From Candidatus Nealsonbacteria bacterium DGGOD1a (GTDB taxonomy: Bacteria; Patescibacteriota; Minisyncoccia; Minisyncoccales; UBA5738), in NCBI GenBank assembly GCA_022530585.1, contig CP092821.1, positions 905,128 through 969,127 on the forward strand: a stretch of DNA of 64,000 nt. The letters run 5' to 3'. Below the pieces are notes generated by a model. That model saw nothing but the letters and a program-made list of their open reading frames with translations. It made no database searches and had not been told where the DNA came from. The position numbers and the translations under genes were made by a program. Shown piece by piece: positions 18,477-27,520 of the stretch (positions are counted from its first letter, which is position 1; each line of letters starts with the position of its first letter).

Positions 18477-19385
18477 TCAATTCAACGCGAAAATGGCCAG
18501 GCCGAGCATTATCAAGGCGATGGCGGCGGCTTTTTGGACAACGGCGCCGGAATCGACTTTTTCCTTGAGAACGCCGGGAAGAAAAATCGAGATTATCGTT
18601 GAAAGAACGAACAGTGAAATATATTGTATCCCGGCCATGGCGTTGATCACCGGCACGCTGGCTTGAGGAGCAAGCGACACCGCCAGACTTTGAAGCAAAA
18701 ACGCGGCGCCTCCCGCGATCTGCCCGATGAAAAACAGAAAATTGGGCCGGGCGGCTTTTTTGACGCTGTGGCGGCCAAACACGGTTTTGCGCACATCGCC
18801 GGACAAAAGGAAAGTCAGCGCCGCGGCCACGGATCCAAAAGCCACCAGCAAAAACCCGCCCAAAAAAGCCAACCGCAGATAAACCAATTTTGACAACACC
18901 ACCGATGACGCAAAAAGCAATGATGCCATGCCGATCCACAAAAAACCGCTCCTTTTGAAAGAAATTCCCTTGGCCATGATCAGCCAACTGCCGGCGATCA
19001 GCAAAAAAAATCCCGCCATTTCTTTCAACTCCAGCACCGCCTTCCCTCCCGAAACCAGCGCGGTCAAAAAAAATCCGAAAATCGGCACCAAACTGCCGAT
19101 GATCGGCACCACGCGCGACGCTTCAAACCGCCTTAGCGCGGAAAGATAAAAATAAGAACCGTATATCTGCGCCGCGCCCGCGGCAACGCCAATCAAAAAA
19201 AGCGCCGGCGCGGGACCGGCCCACGCCCCGAACGGCAAAAGCAAAAACGCGATCGCGCTCAAAATGCCGATATAGAACGCGTAAAGCTTGGGATTGGAGA
19301 TCGACCCGCCCAATAAAATTTTGTCGATCAGCGCCGTCGCCGCAAGCAATATGTAACTCCCGATGGCAATGTATAACCAGAGCAT
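18477..19385 (-). CDS. DMT/EamA-like multi-pass membrane transporter
   Basis: 302 aa, ATG confirmed, about 10 hydrophobic segments in two similar halves. The overlapping track ORF 18454..18987 (Arg-rich) is rejected. Confidence 0.6.
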   Translation of the reverse strand: MLWLYIAIGSYILLAATALIDKILLGGSISNPKLYAFYIGILSAIAFLLLPFGAWAGPAPALFLIGVAAGAAQIYGSYFYLSALRRFEASRVVPIIGSLVPIFGFFLTALVSGGKAVLELKEMAGFFLLIAGSWLIMAKGISFKRSGFLWIGMASLLFASSVVLSKLVYLRLAFLGGFLLVAFGSVAAALTFLLSGDVRKTVFGRHSVKKAARPNFLFFIGQIAGGAAFLLQSLAVSLAPQASVPVINAMAGIQYISLFVLSTIISIFLPGVLKEKVDSGAVVQKAAAIALIMLGLAIFALN

Positions 19386-19398
19386 GAGTTCACTTCGT

Positions 19399-19560
19399 AA
19401 TTTTCAATTTTCAAATTCCAATTTTCAATAAATGTTCCAATTATCCAATGAACAAACAAAAATACCGCGTATTCGTTTGAAAATTGATTCATTGTCCGCC
19501 GGAGGCGGATGCGCCTCGGGCGCAAAAATTCATTGTAAATTGAAAATTGATAATTGAAAA
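19399..19560. repeat. Family-6 repeat, copy 3 (expanded), with GCGCCTCGGGCGC hairpin
   Basis: TTTTCAATTTTCAAATTCCAATTTTCAATAAA ... CCGCCGGAGGCGG ATGCGCCTCGGGCGCAAAAATTCATTGTAAATTGAAAATTGATAATTGAAAATT. GC hairpin at 19511-19523. Confidence 0.8.
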
Positions 19561-20883
19561 TTAATTCAGTTTTCCTTTGTTGGCCACCAGCCTTTCAATA
19601 TGATAGGTTCCCAGCTTTTCGCCTTCGATAAATCCTTCCATCGCCGCCTCGGCCAGATAGCCTTGGAAAAGCCAGTCATCCAGCCACTGGCCGATACAGT
19701 TCATATCTCCCTGCTCGATGCCAAAACCGGAACGCAACAACCAGCTCTTGTTAAAATCCTCTTGCGAACCGATGGGCGGCGCGACGATGATCGGCACCCC
19801 CAAGGCCGAATAAAAAGAAAGTTCGCTGGGTTTGGTCCACAAAATATCGACTTTGCGCAATGTCTTGTTGAAACGGTTGAAATAATTTCCGATTTTTTCT
19901 TCAAATAAAATTTCCAGATTCGGATTCTTTTCCAGCCTCAAACCACGGGCCGCGTTTTGGAACAATTTTTTCAATTTTTTATTCGTTCCCGCCGAAAGAA
20001 CCAGTTTCATTTTTCCTTCCCTTATCCGCGGGGCCAGCTGGCGCGCGATTTCCAAACCGATCTCGCTTTGCGCGCCCGCGCCGCCGGCGGAAAACATAAT
20101 CGCCGGCAAACGGCCCGCGCTTCTGGGCAAATCTCCCAAAGTTTTTTTCGCCAAATCGCCGTATTTTGAAAGATAAATTCCGGCCGGATCAAGATTCGCC
20201 AGCCGGCGGCCGAGATCAGCCTTGGCAACATCCATTCCCCCGATAACATCCTTGCCCGAAAAGATATTGCCTTCAGGCAACGGATAACCGGTCAAAAATA
20301 TCCGGCGCTTGGGCACGCCGTAAAGTTTGAGCCGGGCCGCCACGCGGGCGTTCGGCGCGCAATAATTAATGCGGCTGGACATCGGATCCAGCGCGGCCCA
20401 CTGGCGGCTGACATCCGCATCGCAAACGACCAAATAAATATCTCCCGGATAATCGAATTCTTCGGCCATAAACGCCGCGATAAAAAATGTGGTTACCAGA
20501 GGCATGGGATTTTTGGCCAGTTTGGCGATAAAATGCCTTCCCCATCCTTTTTTTATCAAACCATAGGTACTTTTGGCCAAAATCGGCGGGCGCGATAAAT
20601 CCTTATTGGGATAAAATTCGATTATCTTCTGGAACAAACCGTCGTATAAAGAAAACGCCGGGCCGCCGACTAACGGAATGCGTTTAAAGCGCGAAATCGC
20701 TTCATAAAAACGCCGGCTGTCCTCCCAAATTTTTTTATCGCTTTTGGGGATTCCCTGATAATCATTGGCGTTAATAATCTGTCCCCTGTGCGCCAAACCC
20801 TTGAGCGGATGCGCGGTGCGCTGGTGCCCGTAACCCATATTCACGCAAACCACCCATGCTTTGTTTGAAATTTTATTTTCCAT
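19561..20883 (-). CDS. Putative GT-B glycosyltransferase (MGDG-synthase/UgtP-like N-domain)
   Basis: 440 aa, ATG confirmed. N-terminal VVCVNMGYGHQRTAHPL resembles the G-x-G-H motif of GT28-type lipid glycosyltransferases. The assignment is weak. Confidence 0.45.
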   Translation of the reverse strand: MENKISNKAWVVCVNMGYGHQRTAHPLKGLAHRGQIINANDYQGIPKSDKKIWEDSRRFYEAISRFKRIPLVGGPAFSLYDGLFQKIIEFYPNKDLSRPPILAKSTYGLIKKGWGRHFIAKLAKNPMPLVTTFFIAAFMAEEFDYPGDIYLVVCDADVSRQWAALDPMSSRINYCAPNARVAARLKLYGVPKRRIFLTGYPLPEGNIFSGKDVIGGMDVAKADLGRRLANLDPAGIYLSKYGDLAKKTLGDLPRSAGRLPAIMFSAGGAGAQSEIGLEIARQLAPRIREGKMKLVLSAGTNKKLKKLFQNAARGLRLEKNPNLEILFEEKIGNYFNRFNKTLRKVDILWTKPSELSFYSALGVPIIVAPPIGSQEDFNKSWLLRSGFGIEQGDMNCIGQWLDDWLFQGYLAEAAMEGFIEGEKLGTYHIERLVANKGKLN

Positions 20884-20896
20884 TTTCCGCGTTGTT

Positions 20897-20976
20897 TTGA
20901 ATCGCGAAATCGGGCGCGGTTAATCTTTTTCGCGGCGGCGCGGCAAAAGTTAACGGAGAACGGTTTCGCGATTCAA
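20897..20976. other. 80-nt stem-enclosed GC-rich element
   Basis: TTGAATCGCGAAA (20897-20909) pairs with TTTCGCGATTCAA (20964-20976), enclosing CGCGGCGGCGCGGC-rich sequence. Lies between the comEC stop and the glycosyltransferase start. Confidence 0.6.
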
Positions 20977-21055
20977 AGCCATTATTTAATCATATCAAAA
21001 AATCTTCGGCGCGCCAAAAAAGCGGAACCGCCCGATTAACAACGGGCGCGAAGAA

Positions 21056-22549
21056 TTATTTTAAAAAATCCTGTTTTTCGTTTTCTTTGGCGCGCCAAGC
21101 GACAACCGCCAAAAAAACATAGGAAACGGCCAGCCAAATAAAATCGATTTGAAAATTTATCGCCGCGTACGGCAAAGCGCTGAAAAATTCGGCGACACCC
21201 AACAAATACGACAGCGCCAACCATATCGGGAAAAACAACAACCACCCCAGCGCGGAATTGATCGCGGCCGCGATTGCCATGACAAACCCATAAACAGTAA
21301 TAAAGAAAACCATCGGCTCAACCAATAAATTGGTTATCGGAGCGTAGAACGGAACATAGCCGAAATTGTAAATCAAAAGCGGTAAAGTGAAAATTTCGGC
21401 CGCCAAAGTTGTCGCCAGCGGCTGGCGCGCCCATTTGGAAATAAAATCGACGCGCCGTTCTATCGGTTTGGCGAAATACGCCATTCCCAGCACCGCCAAA
21501 AACGATAATTGGAAGCCGATGTCAAAACGCAAGACCGGTGGATTTTGCATGACCATAAACGCGGCGGCAATAACGATAATCCGCAATGTATCGCCGGGCC
21601 GGCCAATGATTTGCGCGGCAATTATTAAGCTGCCCATGATCCCGGCTCGCACCGCCGAGGCCGGAAAACCGATCATCGCGATAAACAGCCAAACAAAAAC
21701 CAAAGTGGCCCGAAGCGCTTTCTGACGCCACCACCCCAACGCAATCAACAACGGCGCGATAATTCCAGCCATTATCGTAATATGGGTTCCGGAAACTGCG
21801 GCCAAGTGCCGCAATCCCGCGATATTCAACTTCTCTTTCAACTTGGCGCAATCAGGATCCGCCTCAAGCTCTTTTGTCGAGCAACCGGCCAAACCGCTTT
21901 GATCACCCAGCAGAATCGCGATTAAAAGCGAGTTATGCGGAGACGGCAATGCCTGGCCAATCCCCTCTTTCAGCTTGTGCTTAATCCAAAACAATCCCGA
22001 ATAAATCAAATTGCCGTTGCCTTCGGAAATCAATTCTATTTTCGGATAGCGCGCCATGGAATAGACTCCGTCCTTGGCTAAATAATTTCTATAATCAAAA
22101 TCGGAAAAATTTTGCGGTTCTTGGAGCGCGGCAATAAATTTGATCCGGTCGCCGTAGCGATATTCCGGGTAGCGGTTGGCGATCACCAAGATTTTTCCGT
22201 TAATACCGCCCGGCTTCAGAACGATCTGTTGGCTCGCCGGACTCAAAATCGGATCGCCGGCAATGATGCCTTCGATCTCCGTGGTTTTGCCGTTAAACTC
22301 TGTCAGTTGGTTATTCTGCGCGGATTGCCAAACGCTTTCAAACCGCCAAAAACCAAAAACGAAACCCGTGATCATTATTCCGACAACGGCGGTTTTATGG
22401 TTGTGAGCCGCCAGCCCGGCCAAAAACAAAACCGCGGCGATCGCCGCGGCCAACCAAAACAAAAAAGGAGAAACCTCAACCAGCGACGCCGTTCCCACCC
22501 CGGCCAGCATCGCCAAACACCCATAAAGAAAAATTTGGGCGACAACCAT
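21056..22549 (-). CDS. comEC: ComEC/Rec2-family DNA internalisation channel (no C-terminal metallo-beta-lactamase domain)
   Basis: 497 aa, ATG confirmed, polytopic. Competence-domain signature IAGLRHLAAVSGTHITIMAGI and an OB-like N-region (DUF4131-type). Confidence 0.85.
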   Translation of the reverse strand: MVVAQIFLYGCLAMLAGVGTASLVEVSPFLFWLAAAIAAVLFLAGLAAHNHKTAVVGIMITGFVFGFWRFESVWQSAQNNQLTEFNGKTTEIEGIIAGDPILSPASQQIVLKPGGINGKILVIANRYPEYRYGDRIKFIAALQEPQNFSDFDYRNYLAKDGVYSMARYPKIELISEGNGNLIYSGLFWIKHKLKEGIGQALPSPHNSLLIAILLGDQSGLAGCSTKELEADPDCAKLKEKLNIAGLRHLAAVSGTHITIMAGIIAPLLIALGWWRQKALRATLVFVWLFIAMIGFPASAVRAGIMGSLIIAAQIIGRPGDTLRIIVIAAAFMVMQNPPVLRFDIGFQLSFLAVLGMAYFAKPIERRVDFISKWARQPLATTLAAEIFTLPLLIYNFGYVPFYAPITNLLVEPMVFFITVYGFVMAIAAAINSALGWLLFFPIWLALSYLLGVAEFFSALPYAAINFQIDFIWLAVSYVFLAVVAWRAKENEKQDFLK

Positions 22550-22691
22550 ATGTAATCAATACAAACGAAGTTGGATTTTCGCGATTTATTTTGCGATAGT
22601 CTGCGCACGCGACGGCGGAGCAAAAGCAAATTTTCAGCAGAAAATTATGCGCTATCGCAAAATAAATCGCGAAAATCCAATTCCCCGCCCA

Positions 22692-23402
22692 TTATCGCAC
22701 CCGGCAATCCGGCACAAACGGCTTTATCAATTCCAGCGCCTCATTGAAAAATTCCGGCGGCAACGGCCGCAGACTCTCGAATTTCGGATCGATCGTGCGC
22801 TCAGGCCGGAAATTCTGCAAAAAATACTTGGGTTTCCGGCCGGAAACTTTTTGGCCGATCCATTCGGCCATTTGCGCCAGATCATCGGTCGTGTGAATGC
22901 CCGGCGCGCAAGTGGTGCGGAATTCAAAATCAATGTCCGAGTTTTTCAATATGAAAATGCTTTGCTCGATAACCTCCGGCGACATTGGCGCGCCAAAAAC
23001 CAGCGAATAGCGGTTTTTCGGCAATTTGATATCCATTGCCACATAGTCGATCAGCTTATTTTCGATTAATTCCTTCAACATTTTCGGATTCGATCCGTTG
23101 GTATCAAGTTTAACCTTAAAGCCCAAATCCTTTATCTTTTTAATCAAATCCGGCAAATCGGGATTCAAAGTCGGTTCGCCGCCGCACAACACCACGCCCT
23201 CCAGCAACCCCTTCTTGCCGTTTAAAAAAACGAACAATTCCTCCTGCGTAATTTCCGACTGCTTTGCGATCAATTCCGGTAGCACCAGTTCCCTGGAATA
23301 GCACCACGGACACCGGAAATTACATCCGGCCAAAAACACCGTGGCCGCCACCTTCCCTGGATAATCGATCAATGTTGTTTTCTGCAAAGCGCAAATTTTC
23401 AT
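22692..23402 (-). CDS. nrdG: Anaerobic ribonucleoside-triphosphate reductase activating protein (radical SAM)
   Basis: GCNFRCPWCYS (CxxxCxxC), ...VVLCGGEPTL..., DTNGSNP. The ATG at 23402 overlaps the TGA of the upstream gene (ATGA). Confidence 0.85.
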   Translation of the reverse strand: MKICALQKTTLIDYPGKVAATVFLAGCNFRCPWCYSRELVLPELIAKQSEITQEELFVFLNGKKGLLEGVVLCGGEPTLNPDLPDLIKKIKDLGFKVKLDTNGSNPKMLKELIENKLIDYVAMDIKLPKNRYSLVFGAPMSPEVIEQSIFILKNSDIDFEFRTTCAPGIHTTDDLAQMAEWIGQKVSGRKPKYFLQNFRPERTIDPKFESLRPLPPEFFNEALELIKPFVPDCRVR

Positions 23403-24103
23403 ATTTTTCCTTCGTTAGCCATTAACTTCAAATAAAAAATAACATCTTTCAACAAATTTGACCGAACCCAATCTTTTTGCTTATTGTTCAACAACTCGCC
23501 CAAACCATCCAAAATATTTTTATTATTAAATTTTTCCAACTTCGCAATGGATTTTTCCAGCAAATCGCCATAAGTCATTTTTGACTTTTTCTCCACAATT
23601 TCTTTATTTATCGGCCACATATTTTTTTTGAAAAACCAAACATCAAAAATATCACGATTGGTTCTCCCCAGGCGATCGTACATCGCGACCAATTTGCAAG
23701 CGAACATATCTTCCTGGATTGCCACTTTCATCGGAATCCCCATATATGATTTCACTTCGTAGCGGGAATCAAAACAGCGATGATTGATTTCAATTTTAAC
23801 ATTTTGCGCGCTTTTTTGCTTGTCGCGGTATGAAAGCAAAAAAAACAAATTAAATCTTTTAATTCTGGAATCTTTAACGACTCCGTATTTTTGTATTATT
23901 TCTTTTATGCGGCCAAAAACATATTCTTTTTCCCCAACATCAAGCAAATCGAAATCCAAATCCACGGAAAAACGATCCAGCCCGTAAAATAAATATGCCG
24001 CCGTACCGCCTTTGAAACCCAAAAACGGGCCGACTGTTTCATCGGAATAAATATCGCGCAAAACTTGGAGCAAAACATCTTTGTGCGCCGCGATATTAAG
24101 CAT
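23399..24103 (-). CDS. abiEii: AbiEii/AbiGii-family nucleotidyltransferase toxin (type IV TA)
   Basis: FLGFKGGTAAYLFYGLDRFSVDLDFDLL is the family hallmark. Start moved to ATG 24103, 1 nt after the abiEi stop (24105-24107). Confidence 0.85.
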   Translation of the reverse strand: MLNIAAHKDVLLQVLRDIYSDETVGPFLGFKGGTAAYLFYGLDRFSVDLDFDLLDVGEKEYVFGRIKEIIQKYGVVKDSRIKRFNLFFLLSYRDKQKSAQNVKIEINHRCFDSRYEVKSYMGIPMKVAIQEDMFACKLVAMYDRLGRTNRDIFDVWFFKKNMWPINKEIVEKKSKMTYGDLLEKSIAKLEKFNNKNILDGLGELLNNKQKDWVRSNLLKDVIFYLKLMANEGKI

Positions 24104-24104
24104 A

Positions 24105-24701
24105 TTATTGTTCGGATTTGAACCCTTTATAATATTGATCAACCTTTTTGTTCATTTTTTTGTTTTCGTAAATCGGCAAAATATCAAAAACTTTTTCCCA
24201 ATTCAACGGCCCCATATTGTCAAAATGATAATCCTTGCTCCGATAAATTACATCCAAAAATGCCCGCTCCGACGTCGCAATGGAATATTCCCCCTCCTGA
24301 TCAACGCCCGCGGGATTGGTCAAAACTCCTCTTTTAATCCTTGAAAAAACATACGCGGTATCGTCGCAAACAACTTCCCTCTTCGCATATGAAGCGACAA
24401 AAATCTGGGAATAATATTGAAAATTTATTCCCGCCTTGACCAACACTGTTTCAAAACTGATATACGAAGGCCTCAAAATATGGGTCGCCAATTCATATTT
24501 GTCGTAATTTTTATCCTTGGCGTAAATCCCGCGGCGCAAATGGATGAGCTTATTATTTTTAAGATACGAATGCAATCTCACCTGAATCGCCCCGATATTG
24601 GAGTCGCCCCAAAGCAAAACCACATCTTGCACGGAAAAAACGGTCTTCTTTGACCTTAACAAAATATCCAAAAAATCACCTTTCTGCGCTTTTTCTTGCA
24701 T
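24105..24701 (-). CDS. abiEi: AbiEi-family antitoxin / transcriptional regulator
   Basis: 198 aa, ATG confirmed. N-terminal wHTH-like VFSVQDVVLLWG...LHSYLKNNKLIHLRRGIYA. Immediately upstream of abiEii. Confidence 0.8.
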   Translation of the reverse strand: MQEKAQKGDFLDILLRSKKTVFSVQDVVLLWGDSNIGAIQVRLHSYLKNNKLIHLRRGIYAKDKNYDKYELATHILRPSYISFETVLVKAGINFQYYSQIFVASYAKREVVCDDTAYVFSRIKRGVLTNPAGVDQEGEYSIATSERAFLDVIYRSKDYHFDNMGPLNWEKVFDILPIYENKKMNKKVDQYYKGFKSEQ

Positions 24702-24791
24702 ATATTTGAACCCAAGATTAGCTTTAAGCTAATGTGCAGTTTAATTATAGCAAAACAAAAAAATCCCGCAATCCGCGGAATTATCAGTTTG

Positions 24792-24828
24792 TGAAACCGA
24801 AGTAAGAATTTTTCTTACTTCGGTTTCA
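24792..24828. terminator. Strong hairpin (17-bp perfect stem, 3-nt loop) after gene 24853-25284
   Basis: TGAAACCGAAGTAAGAA-TTT-TTCTTACTTCGGTTTCA, 25 nt beyond the stop at 24853. No clear U-run on the minus strand. Confidence 0.5.
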
Positions 24829-24852
24829 AATCATTGAGATTATACTTAAAAA

Positions 24853-25284
24853 CTATTTCTTGGGATTTAAAAATTCTTGACACGCCCGCACCGTTTCTTC
24901 CCCCTCATTGTAAATTATTTCCCGCACATTGGCGGCAATTTTTAATCTTTCTCCCAGCAAATCAACTTCTTTCCTTATCTCTTCCGCTTGGTCGATGATT
25001 TCATTATCGGGTTTATTCATTTTTACTAAACACAAATCAATATAAAGCTTGGACATTCCCAGATAAAGAGCCCCGGCATTATTGGAAAAACCTTCAATAT
25101 CCATATCCTCTATTTTTTCTGCGGCCTGCGCGATCGGCATTTTTCTTAATTCCTGCATTTGCCTCGCCATTTCTTCCATTTCAACAATTTCTCTGTTTAA
25201 ATCTTCCACCGCCTCCTTTGCTTCATCCAAAACCTCTGTTTCATCTTTTTCTTTCTCAATTTCATCTCCAATCTCTTTTGGCAT
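24853..25284 (-). CDS. Hypothetical acidic coiled-coil protein
   Basis: 143 aa, ATG confirmed. The N-terminal half is extremely acidic (EIGDEIEKEKDETEVLDEAKEAVEDLNREIVEMEEM). No recognisable motif. Confidence 0.5.
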   Translation of the reverse strand: MPKEIGDEIEKEKDETEVLDEAKEAVEDLNREIVEMEEMARQMQELRKMPIAQAAEKIEDMDIEGFSNNAGALYLGMSKLYIDLCLVKMNKPDNEIIDQAEEIRKEVDLLGERLKIAANVREIIYNEGEETVRACQEFLNPKK

Positions 25285-25415
25285 ATTTTTTGTTATTATT
25301 TTTCTTTATAATACCCCCCCCCCGATTGCCAAAAGTCAAATTAAAAATAAAAAATCCTACCCAATTATTAATTTCCTATTATGTATTTTCAGCGATAGCA
25401 AAATTTACATAATGG

Positions 25416-26552
25416 TTATTTGATTTCGTAAAAACCGGTCGGGTCGGTTTGGCCGGCATACATCCGCAGAGTGCAGGGCAGATAGCCGCTGTTTTTGTTT
25501 CTGCCGCATTTGTTGCAGGTTTCGATTGCGCACTGGTTGCGTCCGCATAGGTTGCAGTTTATCATTTTGAATTCGTGTGCGCATTGTTGTCTTGTTTGCT
25601 GGCGAACGGCTTGCGTTTCCTCTTTTTTCTTTTTGCTTTCCAAATAGCGGTCAACCACTTCTTCAATGGTAAAATCGGCGAGAGAAAAATCCGCGCCCGC
25701 ATCGGCAAATATCCGCTCCTGCTGGCGGATATACATTTCCGGATCCATCATATCGGTGAATCCCAAATCATAAAGCGCCACCATCGCTTTTTTTTGCAAC
25801 AGCGGCTTATCGCCAAAATAATTTTTCATCAGCACCAGCGAATAGAACCCCAGCGGCGCGTTGGCCGGCATTTCTCCCGCCGCCAACTTTTTTTGATAAT
25901 TTTCAAAATAAAGTTTCAATTGCCATTTGGGCAAATATATCTTGTTTCCCTTGCCGGAAACCAGCAATTTTATCAATCTTATCATTTGAAAAGCGGACGG
26001 AAAAGCGCGGCCGGTATTAAGCCAAAAATGCCCGGATTGCAAATTGGAAACGCCAAGGCCTTCAACCAATGCCCGATAGCATTGCGGCGTGTAATAAAAA
26101 TACCATTTTCTGTCTTTTGGCATCATCGCCACTTCATTTATCGTCATATCAATATTACCGACAATTCTGGCGATTGCCGCTTCCCTTGCCGGCGCCGCGA
26201 TAATATCAATATCTTCGGCTTCCAGAGGAATATTGTTCATCGCCAACTTGGCTTCAACACGATTAAATTTTTCCACAACCTCCCTTTTTAAATCCGCAGG
26301 CAATTCCTTATAAATAAAGACTAAATCGAAATCGTTGATTTTTCTTTCCGCATCCCATCGTTTTCGATCGCGGCATTTATTTTGTAAAATTAACGATGTC
26401 AGAATAACAAATTTGACCACTCCGCCTTTTATCGCCACATCTTCTTCGCCAACCATCGCTCGCAAATAATTCTTGACATTTTCCGGCAAAAGCTCAAAAA
26501 TCTTGCCGGTTAGCGGGGCTGAATAAATTTGCCGTTTTTGAATATTCTCCAT
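25416..26552 (-). CDS. Class-II nucleotidyltransferase-like protein (CCA/poly(A)-polymerase-type head) with C-terminal double CxxCGRN zinc ribbon
   Basis: 378 aa, ATG confirmed. IKGGVVKF...INDFDLVF (G-G...DxD), DIDIIA, and IDMTINEVAM (resembles the RRDFTINA motif). C-terminus is CNLCGRNQCAIETCNKCGRNKNSGYLPC. Recognised by eye only. Confidence 0.45.
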   Translation of the reverse strand: MENIQKRQIYSAPLTGKIFELLPENVKNYLRAMVGEEDVAIKGGVVKFVILTSLILQNKCRDRKRWDAERKINDFDLVFIYKELPADLKREVVEKFNRVEAKLAMNNIPLEAEDIDIIAAPAREAAIARIVGNIDMTINEVAMMPKDRKWYFYYTPQCYRALVEGLGVSNLQSGHFWLNTGRAFPSAFQMIRLIKLLVSGKGNKIYLPKWQLKLYFENYQKKLAAGEMPANAPLGFYSLVLMKNYFGDKPLLQKKAMVALYDLGFTDMMDPEMYIRQQERIFADAGADFSLADFTIEEVVDRYLESKKKKEETQAVRQQTRQQCAHEFKMINCNLCGRNQCAIETCNKCGRNKNSGYLPCTLRMYAGQTDPTGFYEIK

Positions 26553-26651
26553 ATTTTTTGATTATAGCAAAAATTTAAAATTTGAAGTTATTAAAAATTT
26601 TGGCTGGACATCTCAAACGAGAGCCAGCCCCTATTCATATTTTGGCACACC

Positions 26652-27326
26652 TTAGCGGCGCGCCGGTCCATTCCTAAGAAACAGCTTGCCGTTCCTTAGG
26701 AACATATGGCACCCGCCGATAGTATCTCGGCGAGTATGCCGGCGATCAAAGGTTATTGCCACCGAAGTTGCGTTTTCTTCGACTCCGCCACTTCGCTTCA
26801 TCGGATTGAGGTGCACGGTAACATTCCACCGCTGGCTGGCGGCAAACATTACCCCATCAAGTAAATCAAGAACATTTTTCTTGAGATTCTTGAATTCCAC
26901 TGCCTTCGGTTCTTCGTAATATTCCTTTGCCACGAAGCCGACCCATATTTTTCTTATCTCTATTTCCTTGCCGCCTCTTTTGATCTTGACCAGGTCGGTC
27001 TCGGCGCTGACCACATAAAGTTCTGCGTCCAGCAACGACTGGACGAACTTTGAGAGATCAACTTCCTCTGTCCACGGGAGCATCATCTCGCCGGGCATAG
27101 GAACCCATGCCGGTTGACTATCCCTAAGCCCCCTCTCCTGCATAATCCTTTGATATTCTCGCCTGTTAATAAGCCAAGCGGGAACCATCGTATCCCGCGG
27201 AAGATTTAATGTTAAATAAACCATCCGCGTATCCGCCTCAAGAGGGATAATGATGCTCTGTCTATTCGCAACTGGCTCAACCTTTGCCTTTCCGCGGGGA
27301 ACATCCCGCAATACTACTGCTGCCAT
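26652..27326 (-). CDS. Hypothetical protein
   Basis: Track start 27335 is TTG; ATG at 27326 has AAAGAGG about 10 nt upstream. No motif recognised. The C-terminus FLRNGKLFLRNG is encoded by a short inverted repeat (TCCTAAG...CTTAGGA). Confidence 0.45.
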   Translation of the reverse strand: MAAVVLRDVPRGKAKVEPVANRQSIIIPLEADTRMVYLTLNLPRDTMVPAWLINRREYQRIMQERGLRDSQPAWVPMPGEMMLPWTEEVDLSKFVQSLLDAELYVVSAETDLVKIKRGGKEIEIRKIWVGFVAKEYYEEPKAVEFKNLKKNVLDLLDGVMFAASQRWNVTVHLNPMKRSGGVEENATSVAITFDRRHTRRDTIGGCHMFLRNGKLFLRNGPARR

Positions 27327-27458
27327 TTCAATCAATCCTCTTTAAATTTTCAATGGTATTATTATACACGAAATATATAATTTGTCAAGGGTAGCGGAAA
27401 AACAAAACCCGGCGGGCGCCGGGATTGGGATAGACAAAAATACAAAATGCGGTTTGGC

Positions 27459-27520
27459 GAGGTTAGACCTCGGCGAGTATCCCTCGCTTCGCTCGGGACA
27501 AGCTACCGAGGACTAACCTC
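27459..27520. terminator. Hairpin element downstream of nrdD (15-bp stem, 1 mismatch)
   Basis: GAGGTTAGACCTCGG...CCGAGGACTAACCTC. The loop shares CTTGTCCCGAG..CGAGGG with the loop insertion of family-2 copy D. On the minus strand it is followed by ...CATTTTGTATTTTTG. Confidence 0.45.

Noticed and set aside
18454-18987. 177-aa Arg/Gly-rich ORF overlapping the DMT transporter gene
   Set aside because: It is an alternative frame of a clearly polytopic membrane-protein gene and has no start context or motifs of its own.
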